Positions 1 through 12,361 of a stretch of DNA of 64,000 nucleotides are shown piece after piece. The stretch spans positions 117,118,001 to 117,182,000 of the forward strand of contig OX597818.1 in NCBI GenBank assembly GCA_951406725.2, written 5' to 3'. Made by a program: the position numbers and the translations under genes. The notes beneath the pieces were generated by a model. It saw only the letters and a list, made by a program, of their open reading frames with translations, was not told where the DNA came from and searched no databases. This stretch comes from Octopus vulgaris (taxonomy: Eukaryota). How positions within the stretch are numbered: the first letter of the stretch is position 1; every line of letters starts with the position of its first letter.

Positions 1-81
1 ACACATGTTTCAACTGCACTGATTAGTAAACATTGCATTTGAAATCCTACTATAATACCGGTGCAGCTTCTTCAGGGATTT
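1..81 (-). ncRNA. Type I hammerhead ribozyme motif in PLE 3' UTR (runs off window edge)
   Basis: Minus strand reads AAATCC-CTGAAGA(75-69)-AGCTGCAC...GTGCAGTT (8-bp stem II, 68-61/19-12)-GAAAC(11-7)-ATGT-GT, then the window ends. It lies about 140 nt downstream of the GIY-YIG stop. Confidence 0.8.
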
Positions 82-222
82 TATTTAATATCCTTCGACT
101 TCACTATATGATGTAGAGTTGTTCGTTGCGTTAGACGCCAACAATCTTCAATTCAAGTTTTCATTGGATAATTACTTATAGCTCACTATTTGAAAAGTTT
201 CTGCTTTTTAAATGCTTGTTTT

Positions 223-1085
223 TCATTTATACTGAGCAAATGTGAATTTCCTCATGTGCAAGCATCTCAAATCTTGCTCCTGTCTAGAATTTATTACATT
301 ACACACAGATGTAAAAATTTGGTAAAACATTTCTAAGCATGAGTCACATTCTTTGTTTCTCCCTTTAATAGACCAAATTAATTTACTAAGACATGATTGG
401 AATGTTTTATCTTTATCTCTAAATAAACTCAAATGATTTGTCTGTCTCCTCTTGAAAAGTAATGGTATCCCATCGTTGTAGACGTATTCCTTACTCTCAG
501 ATACAATTTTACATCTATATATTACATTTTTGTCTTACATCTATTTTTCACGTAACAAGATTCCCGTTTAGAACAATTGCAAAGATAAGTTTATATGTTT
601 ATCTCAGATTTAGTTTTAATTTGATCATTCATGGCAGAATCAATTTCCTTTCCAACAAGTTGTTTAATATTATTTACTCTTTTAGATAATGTTATCTTTG
701 TCCTGTTTCGAGCTGAACTCTTATTCGATTCAACGTTATTAACGATGTTACATTAGGTTGTTTCCCTTTCAGTAACTTTTAAATTCTTAGCATTTTCTTC
801 TATTTCACTTCTTTTGTCTTTTTATTACGTTTAACATTATTATGCTTAATATTTTCTACGCTACCCTGATTATAATAACTTTTTTCTAATTTTGATATTA
901 TTTTTACATTATGTGTTGCTATAATTTGTGCAATATTTTTGTTAAGGCAATAAGCAATGCGGATTTTATGTGTATTAAAATTTCTATAATATTTATGATT
1001 GATTGGAAAATATTTTTCAATTGGTATATTGAACAATTAGGAAACATTATATTTTACTGGCTTACCAAATGGAATAATTAACCGT
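223..1085 (-). mobile_element. Decayed Penelope-like retroelement, RT C-terminal linker plus GIY-YIG endonuclease
   Basis: Frameshifted translation: IIPFGKPVK; EKYFPINHKYYRNFNTHKIRIAYCLNKNIAQIIATHNVKI; CNCSKRESCYVKNRCK; KNVIYRCKIV..EYVYNDG..FKRRQTNHLSLFR..SCLSKLIWSIK..CDSCLE..INSRQE..CLHMRKF. This matches the PLE CxC/GIY-YIG pattern. Confidence 0.85.
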
Positions 1086-1212
1086 GAAAGCTTCGTGAAG
1101 CTTTTAGGTGTTTTCGCTCAATAAACACACACAACGCGCGGTCTGGGAATCGAAACCGCGATCCTCCGACCGCGAGTCCACTGCCCTAACCACTAGGCCA
1201 TTGCGTCTCCAC
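1086..1212 (-). mobile_element. tRNA-derived SINE head (family A), truncated
   Basis: Reverse complement of GTGGAGACGCAATGGCCTAGTGGTTAGGGCAG...GGTTTCGATTCCCAGACC; same head as 21739. Confidence 0.85.
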
Positions 1213-1613
1213 AGACGATGAAATACCAATCCATAAACAATAAAATAGCATATTACGGAAAAATCACCGCCAAAACAATTGCCATCAGAGCTCTAATTTA
1301 TTATGGTTAATAAAGCACTAAATAATTTTCTGTCTTAACGATCACAGTTCAAATTCTGCCGAGGTTGACTTTGCTTTTCATACTTTCAGGAGCACTGGGG
1401 TTGATGTAATCGAAGTATATCCTCCCCGAACTTGCTGGGTTTGTGTCAAAATCTGAAACCATTATAGGGTAAAACGATAATTGTACAATAACGATTATAT
1501 GTGAGTTGTTTTCTTTTCAGTTTTCCCAAACATACTGGTGTTCCATATATTCATCCCATTAATTTAATGGATACAATTTCTATTGTTTTGCTATGCATAT
1601 ATCTCCAATGAAG

Positions 1614-1918
1614 GGCGTGTGGCTTAACTCTTAGGATATTCGGTTTGCGATCATAGGGACGCGAGTTCAATTCTCGGCGATGCATTGTGTCCTTGAGCAA
1701 GAAGCTTTATTTCACATTGCTCCAGTTTACACAGTTGGCAAAATGAACAGTACTTGTATTCCAAAGGGCCGGCCTTGTCACAATCTGTGTCATACTGAAT
1801 CTCCCTAAGGGTACGCGTGTCTGTGAAGTGCTCAGCCACCCACACGTTAGTTTTACCAGCAGGCTGATTCGTTGTTGGAATCAACTGGAACCCTCGTCAT
1901 CGTAAACGACGGAGTACC
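1614..1918 (+). mobile_element. Older tRNA-derived SINE with CORE-like middle
   Basis: A box GTGGCTTAACTC, B box GAGTTCAATTC, GTGTCCTTGAGCAAG...TTGCTCCAGT; the 3' part matches the tail of the 21739 SINE. Confidence 0.75.
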
Positions 1919-2825
1919 CCTGAATATCGACAATAGATAATTTTACATACTGATGATATTAAAACGTTTCATTGCTTAAAAAGGCGCAAAATCTATCTAA
2001 ATTGATGCAATTTTGAATATACTGCTAACTTAGAATATTTCGTGAGATTATCAACATATATCGGTTGGAAAAAGCCAATTATTCCATAAAACGAATCTTT
2101 ATAATGGAAATTAATCTGTAAGCAGTCGGTTATTTGAGAAACATGCATGGCAATATTCAGGGTGAAACAACATGGCATAACGTAGAAAAATGTATCTTTG
2201 AGTCACAGGTACAACCCTGAAAGATAATACGGAAATAATATCGAATTTTGTATAGGATTATCATGTTTATCGACCTTGAAAAGACGTTGATCAGGGTCGC
2301 ATTTGACCTGAGAGCGCAGTTTCATGGAAAGGATGAGTCGTTCTATTCGACGCTTTAACGGTTCTGCTGTGTCCTTGCCAATACTGCCTCCCATCCCCAA
2401 AAAATAAATTTTCACCATTCGTTGTCCCATACTTTTTATAAATCATTAAAACAACATGCTTCAATAGTAATGACAAGAATGAAAATAAAAAAAAACAGGA
2501 CAAAAAATGAAAATAAAAAAAAAAGTATTTAACCAATCTATAATTAAAATTCCGTTTTCCATCAGGCAGGTATTTTTTAATGATTTCAAACTGAAATGAG
2601 TTTAGTCTCACGTACTGGAATTTTAAAGAAAGCTTTTGTATTGTATTTCATTAACGATAATTAAACAAAGGAAGAAGAAAACCTCTTTTAACCATATCAT
2701 TGTGCTTTATTTTCATTTTTATATTGTGTTTTCTGCAAATTTTTGAAAGCTCGATTTATTGTAGTGTATCTCTCCTGTAGAAATGTTTTGCGTAGGAGCG
2801 AAATTTTGCGAGGAATCTTTTATAT

Positions 2826-3002
2826 TTCGTTTGTTTCAGTCATTAGACTGTAAACATGGTGGGTCACCGTCTTGACGAAGATTTTAGTGGAATGAATCGA
2901 CTCTAGTACTTTTTTCCTAAGGCTGATATTTATTCTATCGGTCAATTTTGCAGAACCGCTAGCTTATGTAGACGTAAATACACAAAACGGTTGTGGAAAC
3001 AA
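2826..3002 (-). mobile_element. SINE family C, decayed 3' half
   Basis: TTGTTTCAGTCATTAGACTG...TTATTCTATCGGTC...GAACCGCTA matches the reverse complement of 60110-60290. Confidence 0.7.
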
Positions 3003-3065
3003 ACAGAGATACACAGATAGACAGACAGGCACACACACACACACATACACATATATTTATATATA

Positions 3066-3480
3066 AAAGGAAAATAAGAAAAATGTGGAAAACGCTAAAA
3101 TAATTTTATCATGAAATGCATTTTGTAATAGTCAGTTCCGGTTCTTGCCTTTTTGACTTTTTCAAATAAGAGTAAAAAAAAAAGGTGGATATTAATTAAA
3201 AAGAAGAACAATTAAATTGAAGAAAAACATAGATGAAATGCTTTGTAAATATTATAGTCTTCAAATAGGTGGGATACTTTTTTCTATCTTTCTTTTTCTT
3301 TGGGAAGGTTTGTAAGGTAAGTAGTAGCAAATCTGAAAAATTGCGTTTATGGATGCAGAGATACATTTGTTTCTGAAGTTTTATGGTTTAAGCGGCAGCA
3401 GCCGAAGAAGGAGAGGAGCAAAGAAGAAGGGGAGAAGGAGGAGGAGAAGAAAAAGAAGAAGAAGAAACCTATTCTCCCTT
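3066..3480 (-). mobile_element. Decayed relative of the 31886 PLE-type element, next to (TA)n
   Basis: Shares GAAAA(C/T)GCTAAAATAATTTTAT, CAGT(T/A)CCGGTT, a TTGAAAA core and a CCAC..TATTTGAA.ACTA segment with 31886-32428. Confidence 0.55.
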
Positions 3481-3708
3481 TATATAGAAAATAACTGGAA
3501 GAGATATCTAAATGACAGTCACACACACACACAGAGTCACATACACACAAACATTTTAATTAGAGCTCTACCTAGAACGGATGACTGGTAAATTAAACCG
3601 CATCAGAATTTTAACTCAGAAAGTCAAGAGCCGGAAAAAATGCTGTCCTTCACTCTCTGTGGCGTGGTAACAGATTTGATTGCTCGCAACCTCTAGAGTG
3701 TGTTGTAA

Positions 3709-4128
3709 TATTGGTTTCAAATTATGGCACAAGATCAGCAAATCTTGGGGAGAGGTTAAGTCAATTGCATCGAAACCCAATGCTCAGATGTTACTTATAT
3801 TATCGACCCCGAAAGGATAAAATTTAAATTCGACTTCGACGGAATTTGAACTTAGAACATAAAGCCAGACGAAAGGCCGCTAAACTTTTTGTCCGTCGTG
3901 CTAAAGATTCTGCCAACTTGTCGACTTAGATGTATTCCAATATTGCTTTCTACAATGGGTACAAGGCCTCTATTTTGGGTGGGAGCTAGTCGATTATAAC
4001 GATTCCAGTTCTTGACCAGCACTTATTTTGTAGACTTCGAGGATATTTCAAATCCAGAACGTAAAGAGGAACGAAACGTCTCAAATCCGTATATCCGGCA
4101 GGCTATAATCTCTGCCAGATCGCCATCT
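3709..4128 (-). mobile_element. Two decayed family B (Nin-like) SINE copies
   Basis: TATCGACCCCGAAAGGAT..GGAATTTGAACTTAGAAC..GACGAAA motif occurs twice. Confidence 0.7.
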
Positions 4129-4962
4129 AAGATGTTTTGAAATATTGATTTGAAATTTCGGCACAGAATCTTTAGCAAGGCTGGTAAAATACTTTGCGAT
4201 GTTTCGTGTTTGTGTACGTTCTCAGTTCAAATTACTTTTCTTCTTTTCAGTGTCGACGCATAAGTATCCTCCCTTCTTTCCTGACCATTAGATATTCTTG
4301 TGTATTAAGATTTATGAAAGGATAATTATTTATATGCTTATATCCAATTCCATCCAGGTGATTTTTAACAAGCTGTTTCTTGCAAGTATGTGTCATTTAT
4401 CATTATTTTCTGTAAGGTCAGTCGGAATTTACGAAGATTAATCATCGACCAAGGAAGATGTGCTGAAATTGTACTCAGCTAAACCTATCTACTGAATATT
4501 CTGTAACCTTTTCTGTTGATAGGTATCTTAGAGCGGAACGAGAATTGATTTATCGGTGGAAAGAATAAATTCTTAGTTTAAGATTTTATAACATTTTCTC
4601 CCTAGAAGAACCACATTTAAGAACACAAAAGTTGTGGAATCAATTTTTCATTTAATATTTTCCATATCAAAATATTTAGTTGCACCCCTGGGATTCGATG
4701 TTTACGATATTACTGCATTAGTTTCAATGCACCTTCCTATATTAAGTAATTTCGAAACGATAACAGCAAGAACCTTTACATTTCGTTCGTTTCAAACTTA
4801 GTCTGAAATACAAAGATATAGATGTATGTACGTAAAACCAAAAATTGCTTCTAGATCTAATCTAGTTGTTTGAGATTCCACAACGAAAACCACTACGATT
4901 AAAGAAAGATAATCATAAATACTATTCAGCCTACATATTTACCCAGTGATATATCTATATGC

Positions 4963-5252
4963 GTGGTGGCGCAATGGCCCAGTGGTTAGGGCGGTGCACT
5001 CGCAGTTTCGATTCTCAGATCGGGCGTTGTGTGTGTTTATTGAGCGAAAACACTTAAAGCTCCACGAGTTCCGGCAGGGGATGTTGGCGACCCCTGTTGC
5101 ACTCTTTCGCCCCAACTTTCTCTCACTCTTTCTTCCTGTTTCTTCAGTATCGCTGCAATGGACTGGCGTCCCGTCCAGCTGGGGGGAACACATACACCAC
5201 AGAAACTGGGCCCATGAGCCTGGCTAGGCTTGAAAAGGGCGCATGAAAAAAA
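4963..5252 (+). mobile_element. tRNA-derived SINE family A head with GGGCGCAT-A tail
   Basis: Head GTGGTGGCGCAATGGCCCAGTGGTTAGGG; the tail GGACTGGCGTCCCGTCCAGCTGGGG...AAAAGGGCGCAT is shared with 26204. Confidence 0.9.
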
Positions 5253-5276
5253 TCTATACGTACAGAAATTGTTTTA

Positions 5277-5660
5277 ATTGTTTTAGACATTACTCTACGG
5301 TCATGCTGTTGCACCGCATTGAATAGTTTTTAGTCGATCGAATAATCGACCCCAGTACATGTTTTGTTTGTTTTTAAGCGTTGTGCTTATTCTGTCGGTT
5401 TATTTGGCTGAACAACCGCTATTTTACGGGTACATCAATACACCAACACCGGTTATCGCTTGTGGGAGAAATACAAACACACACATGCTACATATACATA
5501 TGAGAAGGGCTTTTTTCCATTCCCGTCCACTAAGTCCACCCACAGGGCTTTGGTCGACCTGAGGGTATAATGTGAGACACGTTTCCAAGGTTCCACGTTA
5601 TGGGGCTGTACCCGGAACCATATGTTGGGGATGCAAACTTCTTATAACACAGCCACATCG
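5277..5660 (-). mobile_element. SINE family C, decayed full copy
   Basis: Colinear with the reverse complement of 59886-60298 (CCCGGAACCAT, ACACAGCCAC, TCGACCCCAG). Confidence 0.75.
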
Positions 5661-5693
5661 GCAGTTCTATCAGGTATAGAATACCAAATAATA

Positions 5694-6090
5694 TTCTTTT
5701 CTACTCTAGACACAAGGTCCGAAATTTTGGGGGAGGGGCCTAGTCGATAACATCGACCCCAGTACGCAACTGGTACTTAATTTATCGACTCCGAAAAGAT
5801 GAACGGTAAAGTCGACCTCGGCGGAATTTGAACCTAGAACGTAACAGCAGACGAAATACCTATTTCTTTACTGCCCACAAAGGGATAAACACAGAGAGGA
5901 CAAACAAGGACAGACAAACGGAATAAGTCGATTATATCGACCCCAGTGCGTAACTGGTACTTATTTAATTGACCCCGAAAGGATGAAAGGCAAAGTCGAC
6001 CTCGGTGGAATTTGAACTCAGAGCGTAACGGCAGACGAAATACGGCTACGCATTTCACCCGGCGTGCTAACGTTTCTGCCAGCTCTCCAC
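5694..6090 (-). mobile_element. SINE family B (Nin-domain-like) dimer
   Basis: Two units of about 178 bp with TTTATCGACCCCGAAAGGATGAAAGGCAAAGTCGACCTCGGCGGAATTTGAACTC; one head and one tail. Confidence 0.9.
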
Positions 6091-6988
6091 TTTCGATCAA
6101 ATGATAAAGATATATTTTAGTGAAAATGTTGACAGATGTTCCTCGTACCATATGTATATACACAATATTTGACTTTAAAATATAGGGGATAACATTACAA
6201 CGTAACCTGCTTCGTTATTGAAAAAAAAATTATTTTGAAGGCTGGTAAAATAAAGCAAGTATGCAGATAAATAATTCTATTTTTTTTATTCTTATTCTTT
6301 ACTTGAAATCGTCGAAAAACTCATTTACATGAAAATATGCTTTCTCTCGTTTACAAAGGAAAATTGCATTTTACACGTATGCAACATCACAGAATGCTAA
6401 GAGAAACAATCTGTTATAACATCTCTAGAATAAATAAACATAGTCTTTACAAAGGTTTCTGTTTAAAAGACAAAGCCTTGTGAAAATGCATGCTTTCGAC
6501 ATGTAAAACATAACCATCCAATATGACAAGGAAAAAAGAGAGCTTGCATATATTACACAGGCATCAAAATACAGCAGAAAGCACAAGTATTAATTATATA
6601 AAGATTTCCTTGCTTAAAAATATAACAGAACAACGTTCGGAGTGACAAAAATTGTTAAAACAGTATATTTGCAGATATATAAAAACATAAGTTGTATGGT
6701 TGTAAACAATGTTGATATTTTAATTATTATTAATAGAATGCAAGGATATTTGCAGAAACGTGACACGAATCAAAAGGACAAGAGATGCAGTAAAATTCGC
6801 CTTTAGAATAGATCAAAACACAACCAGACTCGTGCACACTCATATTAACGCACACTAGTCCGCATATATATATATATATATATTCACACACACATATATA
6901 CGCGCGCGCACGGACACAAGTTCACACAAACACACACATATATATTTAAACATATATATATATAAGAGAACAAAGTGTACGTACGTCG

Positions 6989-7038
<50 letters not shown>

Positions 7039-7177
7039 CAAATTTCGGCTGATTATTCTTGAGATTGCTCCAATCTGGCCAGCCCCAAGGAAAAACTAAG
7101 CTAAGAGCATTAGATCGCTTGGAAGAAAGCAGTGAATGTACACAAAAACAAGCACGGAAAAAAACGGACAATGTTAC

Positions 7178-7245
<68 letters not shown>

Positions 7246-8565
7246 TAAAATCTATAATGAAATATGCGGGTGCAGAATCCTCAAATAGTCTAAATCGTAG
7301 CACATGGAAAAGTGCAGAACAAGCAGCAATTAAATCTGGAGAAGTATAGGACAAGAAAAAAAACTTAAAATTTTAAAAAATTCTAAAGTTTGAAATTTGT
7401 TTTAAATTTTACGTTTTTAAGTTATAACTATTAAAAAACTTAAATATTAATAAATGCCCGTTTATACTTTTACTTCAAAATGAAATTAGAATACTCAAGA
7501 GGCTATTTATTTTCAATTTTAGTGAAAAGACTAATTGCCTGAAAGTTTACACATTAAAAATTTGATGTTACACATTTATATATTTAAAAGATCGCATAAT
7601 AGCAATTTAAGGAAAATTGACAATTATAACCCCAAAGTTTTTTTCAAAAAAGCTATCGCCAACTTTACGATTTGCACTCAATTTGTTCTAGCTTTTATTA
7701 AAAAAAACATTTTACTAAATGTAAAAAGAAAATACTTTGCTATCTGATTATGCAAACTTTAAAGAAATTAATTCTTTTGTTTCTTAAAAAAATGTTTCAT
7801 TTTAATATTATTTTTTATTGTTTTGAATTACATACGTTCTACATGAGTTTCATTTTGTAACTCAATATCTGTAATTTAAATTTTTTGGATAATGAGTTTT
7901 GTTCAGAAAATATAATTAAAATATAATATAATGAATAAATGAGACAGAAATGTTAAAAAAATTAAATAAATATTAACTTCAATTTTTTAAAAATGCAATA
8001 AGTATAAACAAATATTAAAAATAAAATAAAACTAAATAATTAATAATTAGCTTTTTTAATGAGTGAATATTTTCTATTTTATCTTTTTAATATGTACATA
8101 TTTCAATCCATAAACAGAATAATAAAAATCAGTACGAAATCTCAAAAATCATAGCTATTTTTATGCCTAAAATTCTTAGGCGGGGCTTTATCCAAAAATT
8201 CGTCTCCGTGAAATCTTTCATCTGATTTCAAATATTATTATTGTCTGAAAGAGGAATAATTTGATTTCCTTAAATTATCAATATTTTTTTCACTTAAACA
8301 ACAACAATTTTTGTTACTAATATTTGTTTATAAGGTTTCTCACGCATAATTCGATTAATAGAGCTCTTTAATCTGATCACTCAAATGCATAATAACTGCG
8401 AAGATATCTCAGAAGAGGGTGTAAATACTCTTAGAAAATGGAGCAAAATATGGACATCAAACCGCTACTAAGGATAATTATATTTGGTTTATTATTCTTT
8501 ACGCACGACAAATAAAAACGAATTTGGTGAAGCTTTTTTACGGATCTATATCTATGCCCTTTAAT

Positions 8566-8867
8566 CACATGATCACGTGACCGACCAGACCATCAGATGT
8601 TACTACACATCGCTGGTCACAATGCGTTCGCAATGTTTTAGCCTTCGAACGACGCCACCCCGCTGGCTAAGCAAGCATGCCAACAGAAGAAAGAGAGAAA
8701 GAATGGTGAAAGAGTACAGCAGGGATCAACCCGCCCCTGCCGGAGCCTCGCGGAACTTTTAGGTGTTTTTACTCAATAAACACACACAACGCTCGGTCTA
8801 GGAATCGAAACCGCGATCCTACGACTGCGAGTCCTCTGCCCTAACCTCTGGGCCATTGCGCCTCCAC
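8566..8867 (-). mobile_element. tRNA-derived SINE family A with a distinct tail
   Basis: Family A head; 12-bp TSD ATGCCCTTTAAT at 8554-8565 and 8868-8879. Confidence 0.95.
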
Positions 8868-8998
8868 ATGCCCTTTAATAAAGAACATAAATATAATAAA
8901 ATAATTAATAATAAATGAATTTACTAATAAAATATTAGACAATTTTTTACAATAATAGGAATAATAATCCTGTTACAGACAATCATAGGTAAATTTTG

Positions 8999-11308
8999 AT
9001 CCTTTCACCTGTACGATTTTCACTAAGAAAAAAAAGAAAAGAAAAATTGGATGTTTTGTATGAAATCAAGTATCCTGACCTCCTAATATGTTGCAAACCC
9101 CTTGTTTTTGTTCGAAAAAGGGACGGGGAATCAAATCCCGAAATCATTGAAAATGTTTGTTTTTTTTCTATCAATGAATTCCGGTGCCCTCCTAATATGC
9201 AGCAAAACCCTTATTTTTTTTCGGAAACAAAGGGGGTTGGAAAACCGCTCACCCCCATATCTCGGAATCATTAAGATCTTTTTGTTTTGTTAACTGAATT
9301 CCGGTGATCTCCTTATATGCTACAAAACCCTTTTTGGGGTCCGGAAAACAGGCTGGGGTGGGGTGGAACCTTCGGCAATTTCACCCCCATTTTGAAATAT
9401 TCTTTGCTATTTCTTTCTTTACACGTAATTTTAGTCAATATTTTGCAGAAATACGTTTTCGATAGAGTGTAGGTTACATTAGATTGAAAATTCAAAGACG
9501 TTTGAAATGAATATGTGAAAATGCAGAGGTTACAGAAGTTAGAGTAGTACCGAAGTCAGAGGAGAGATAAAGAATAATAAATAATTAATCTTAAAAAAAC
9601 ACGTTAGTTTGTGTATGAAACAAGTAAGAGTATATTTAAGCAAAAATATCTTTTTTATACCTTTTAAAATCACTGGAAATAACAGATATAATAATCCCAA
9701 ATATAGATTTCTCTCTTTACAATTTTTGGCGCCAAAATGTGCTTCACTTTTGTGTGGGGACAGAGAGAATCAGGAAGAGAGAAAGAGTGAGTGAGTAAGA
9801 GAAAAAGAGAATAAGAAAGAGTGAGTGGTGGCGAAGTTTACCTAAACATTGAATAAGTAACAATCTATCATAATTGTATATATCATGCTCTTCCTAACGC
9901 CTACAACTACGAGAGGGAAGTGATTGCTTTTCAAGTGTGACTGGCACGGGGTCCTGTCAGATAGCACTGGAATCGATCACGGTCAATTGGTATTTTTACG
10001 TTCCGTCGTCATTGGCATCAGTCGCGCCAGTGCTGGTGGCATGTAAAACGTACCATTCGAACATGATAGATGCCAGTGCCATTTTGAGTGGCCCCCGTGC
10101 CAGTCACATTTGAAAAGCAACCACTACACTCTCGGAGTGGTTGGCGTTAGGAAGGTCATCCAGCTATAGAAACCTTGCCAGAACAGACTGCAGTTTCATT
10201 GCAGCCTCTTGGCTTGTCACTCCTCAGTCAAACCCTCCAACTCATGCCAGCATGTAAAGCTGACGTTAAACGATGATGATGATGATGATGATGATGCTGA
10301 TGATGCTGATGATAATTATGTATAATGATACATATAATTATGATAGACTGTTACCCATTCAATGTTTAGGTAAACTTTGTCACCTGCTCAATATCTCTTT
10401 CTCTCTCTTTCTCTCATCAACTCTTTTTCTCTCTCTCTCACTCTCTCTCACTCTCTCTCTCTCCTCACACAAAAATGAAACACATTTTGGCGCCAAAAAT
10501 TGCAATGAGAAAAGTCTATATTCGGGATTATTATATCTATTATATCCAGTGGTTTTAAAAGGTATGAAAAAGATTTCTGTTTTAATATACTTTTACTTAT
10601 TTCTTACACATACACGAACTAACGTGTTTTTTTAGATTGATTATTTATCATTCTTTATCTCTCCACTGATTCTAACTTCTATATCCTCTGCATTTTCACT
10701 TATTCGTTTCAAACTTCTTTGAATTTTCAATCTAATGTAATCTACACTCTCCTAAAATATGTATTTCTGCAAAATGTTATCTAAAATTATGGGTAAAGAA
10801 AAAATGGCCAAAAATATTTGAAAATGGGGAGAGGGGTGAAATTGCGGAGAGTTCTAACCCACCCACCTCGTTTCCGGACCCAAAAAAGTGCTTTATAGTA
10901 TATTAGATGGTCAACGGAATACAGTCAACGAAATAAAAAAATTCCAATAATTCCGGGATTTGGGGTCCCGTTTTTTCCAAACAAAATAAGGGGTTTGCTG
11001 CATATTAGTAGGTGAAATTATCAATGGGGGTGGGGTGAAATTTCCAAGTCTTCCACCTCACCCAACCCCACCTCGTTTTCCGGCTCTAAAAAAGGGTTTT
11101 GAAGCATATTAATAGGTCACCAGAATTCATTCAACGAGGAAAAAAAACAGAAATTCCAATGATCCCGAGATATTGGGTGTGGGGTCCAATCTCACCCTCT
11201 TTTCCGAACTAAAATAAGGAGTTTGCAGCATATTAGGAAGTCAGGGCACTTGATTGCACGCAAAAATCTGAGTTTTTTCTTAGTGAAAATCGTGCGAGCT
11301 GAAAGAAT
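8999..11308. mobile_element. Giant fold-back (palindromic) element, possibly a piggyBac-type non-autonomous transposon
   Basis: ATCCTTTCACCTGTACGATTTTCACTAAGAAAAAA pairs with TTTTTTCTTAGTGAAAATCGTGCGAGCTGAAAGAAT. Complementarity continues inward to a 9-nt loop at 10017-10025. The arms contain subrepeats of about 100-120 bp. Confidence 0.85.
10026..10312 (+). mobile_element. Retroposon 3' end with (GAT)n tail at the palindrome core
   Basis: GGTTGGCGTTAGGAAGG...ATGCCAGCATG..GACGTTAAACGATGATGAT; the same tail occurs reversed at about 16000-16047. Confidence 0.7.
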
Positions 11309-11937
11309 AAAATAATTCCGAATCATCTTGCTAGAAATTATAATTGTAGATATAAGGATAAACTTTATTTTAATGATTTTGTTTACAGAACAATATTGCA
11401 TATAGATGTACGGTTGATTTCAAACGGAAAAATACTTTTACATAGGATCAACGGAAGCTTTTATTAAAAAACGAATCGCAAATCATGAGTACACCTTTAG
11501 GAATAGAGAAAGGCTTAGCAATACTAGTGTGAATGAATTAATTTGGAAACTAAAGCATATTAAGAAATTATACGACAGAAATTGGAACATGTTTAGTCAT
11601 GCTAGATAGTACAAAAATTAATGATGCTAGATGCAACCTTTTGTAGTTGAATTATATCAGATATTAACATCTACGACTAAATTATTTCATGAAAGATGTG
11701 CAAGTGTTCACATTATTCACATTATATGTTGTTTGTATCTATATTTGATGCTATATATATATGTCGTTATGCATATGTATGTGTTTGTGTATGTAGGTTT
11801 GTTGGTTTGTATATCTATGTATATATATGGGTTGTATACTTCTATATATTTTTCTTGTATGTATATATCTGTGTATCTCTATATGTACGTATATATGCGT
11901 ATATATATTTATATATATGAATATGTGAATATATATC

Positions 11938-11984
<47 letters not shown>

Positions 11985-12300
11985 CTGAGGATGTGTGTAT
12001 GTATAGGTATATATTTATATGTATGTGTATATGTAAGTTTGTATATCCATGTGCATATATTGGTTCATCTTAATCTATATAATAATGTAGAATTTGGAAA
12101 ATTCCTTTTTTCGTTAATTAAGAACATTTTGAATCTTTCTAGTGCTAATTCTTGTAGTTACTGCAAAACATTATTATATTAGTAATTTCATATTAATTAC
12201 ATATTACAAATATGATGTTTTCATTATACAAAGTAATTATATCTATCTATACGTTCATTTAATTTATCAATTAATTGATGCAGCTGCTGATAATAATACT

Positions 12301-12301
<1 letters not shown>

Positions 12302-12358
<57 letters not shown>
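12302..12358. repeat. (AAT)n microsatellite
   Basis: Direct reading. Confidence 0.95.

Positions 12359-12361
<3 letters not shown>

Larger units (their letters stand above)
8090..11735 (+). mobile_element. Decayed Penelope-like element interrupted by a SINE and a 2.3-kb palindrome
   Basis: NLSSDF (about 8213); NYIWFIILYARQIKTNLVKLF (about 8476-8538); FNKEHKYNKIIN after SINE removal; beyond the palindrome NCRYKDK, CLQNNIAYRCTV (11380), KYFYIGSTEAFIKKRIANHEYTFRNRERLSNTSVNELIWKLK (11430 on). The 5' limit is uncertain. Confidence 0.8.
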
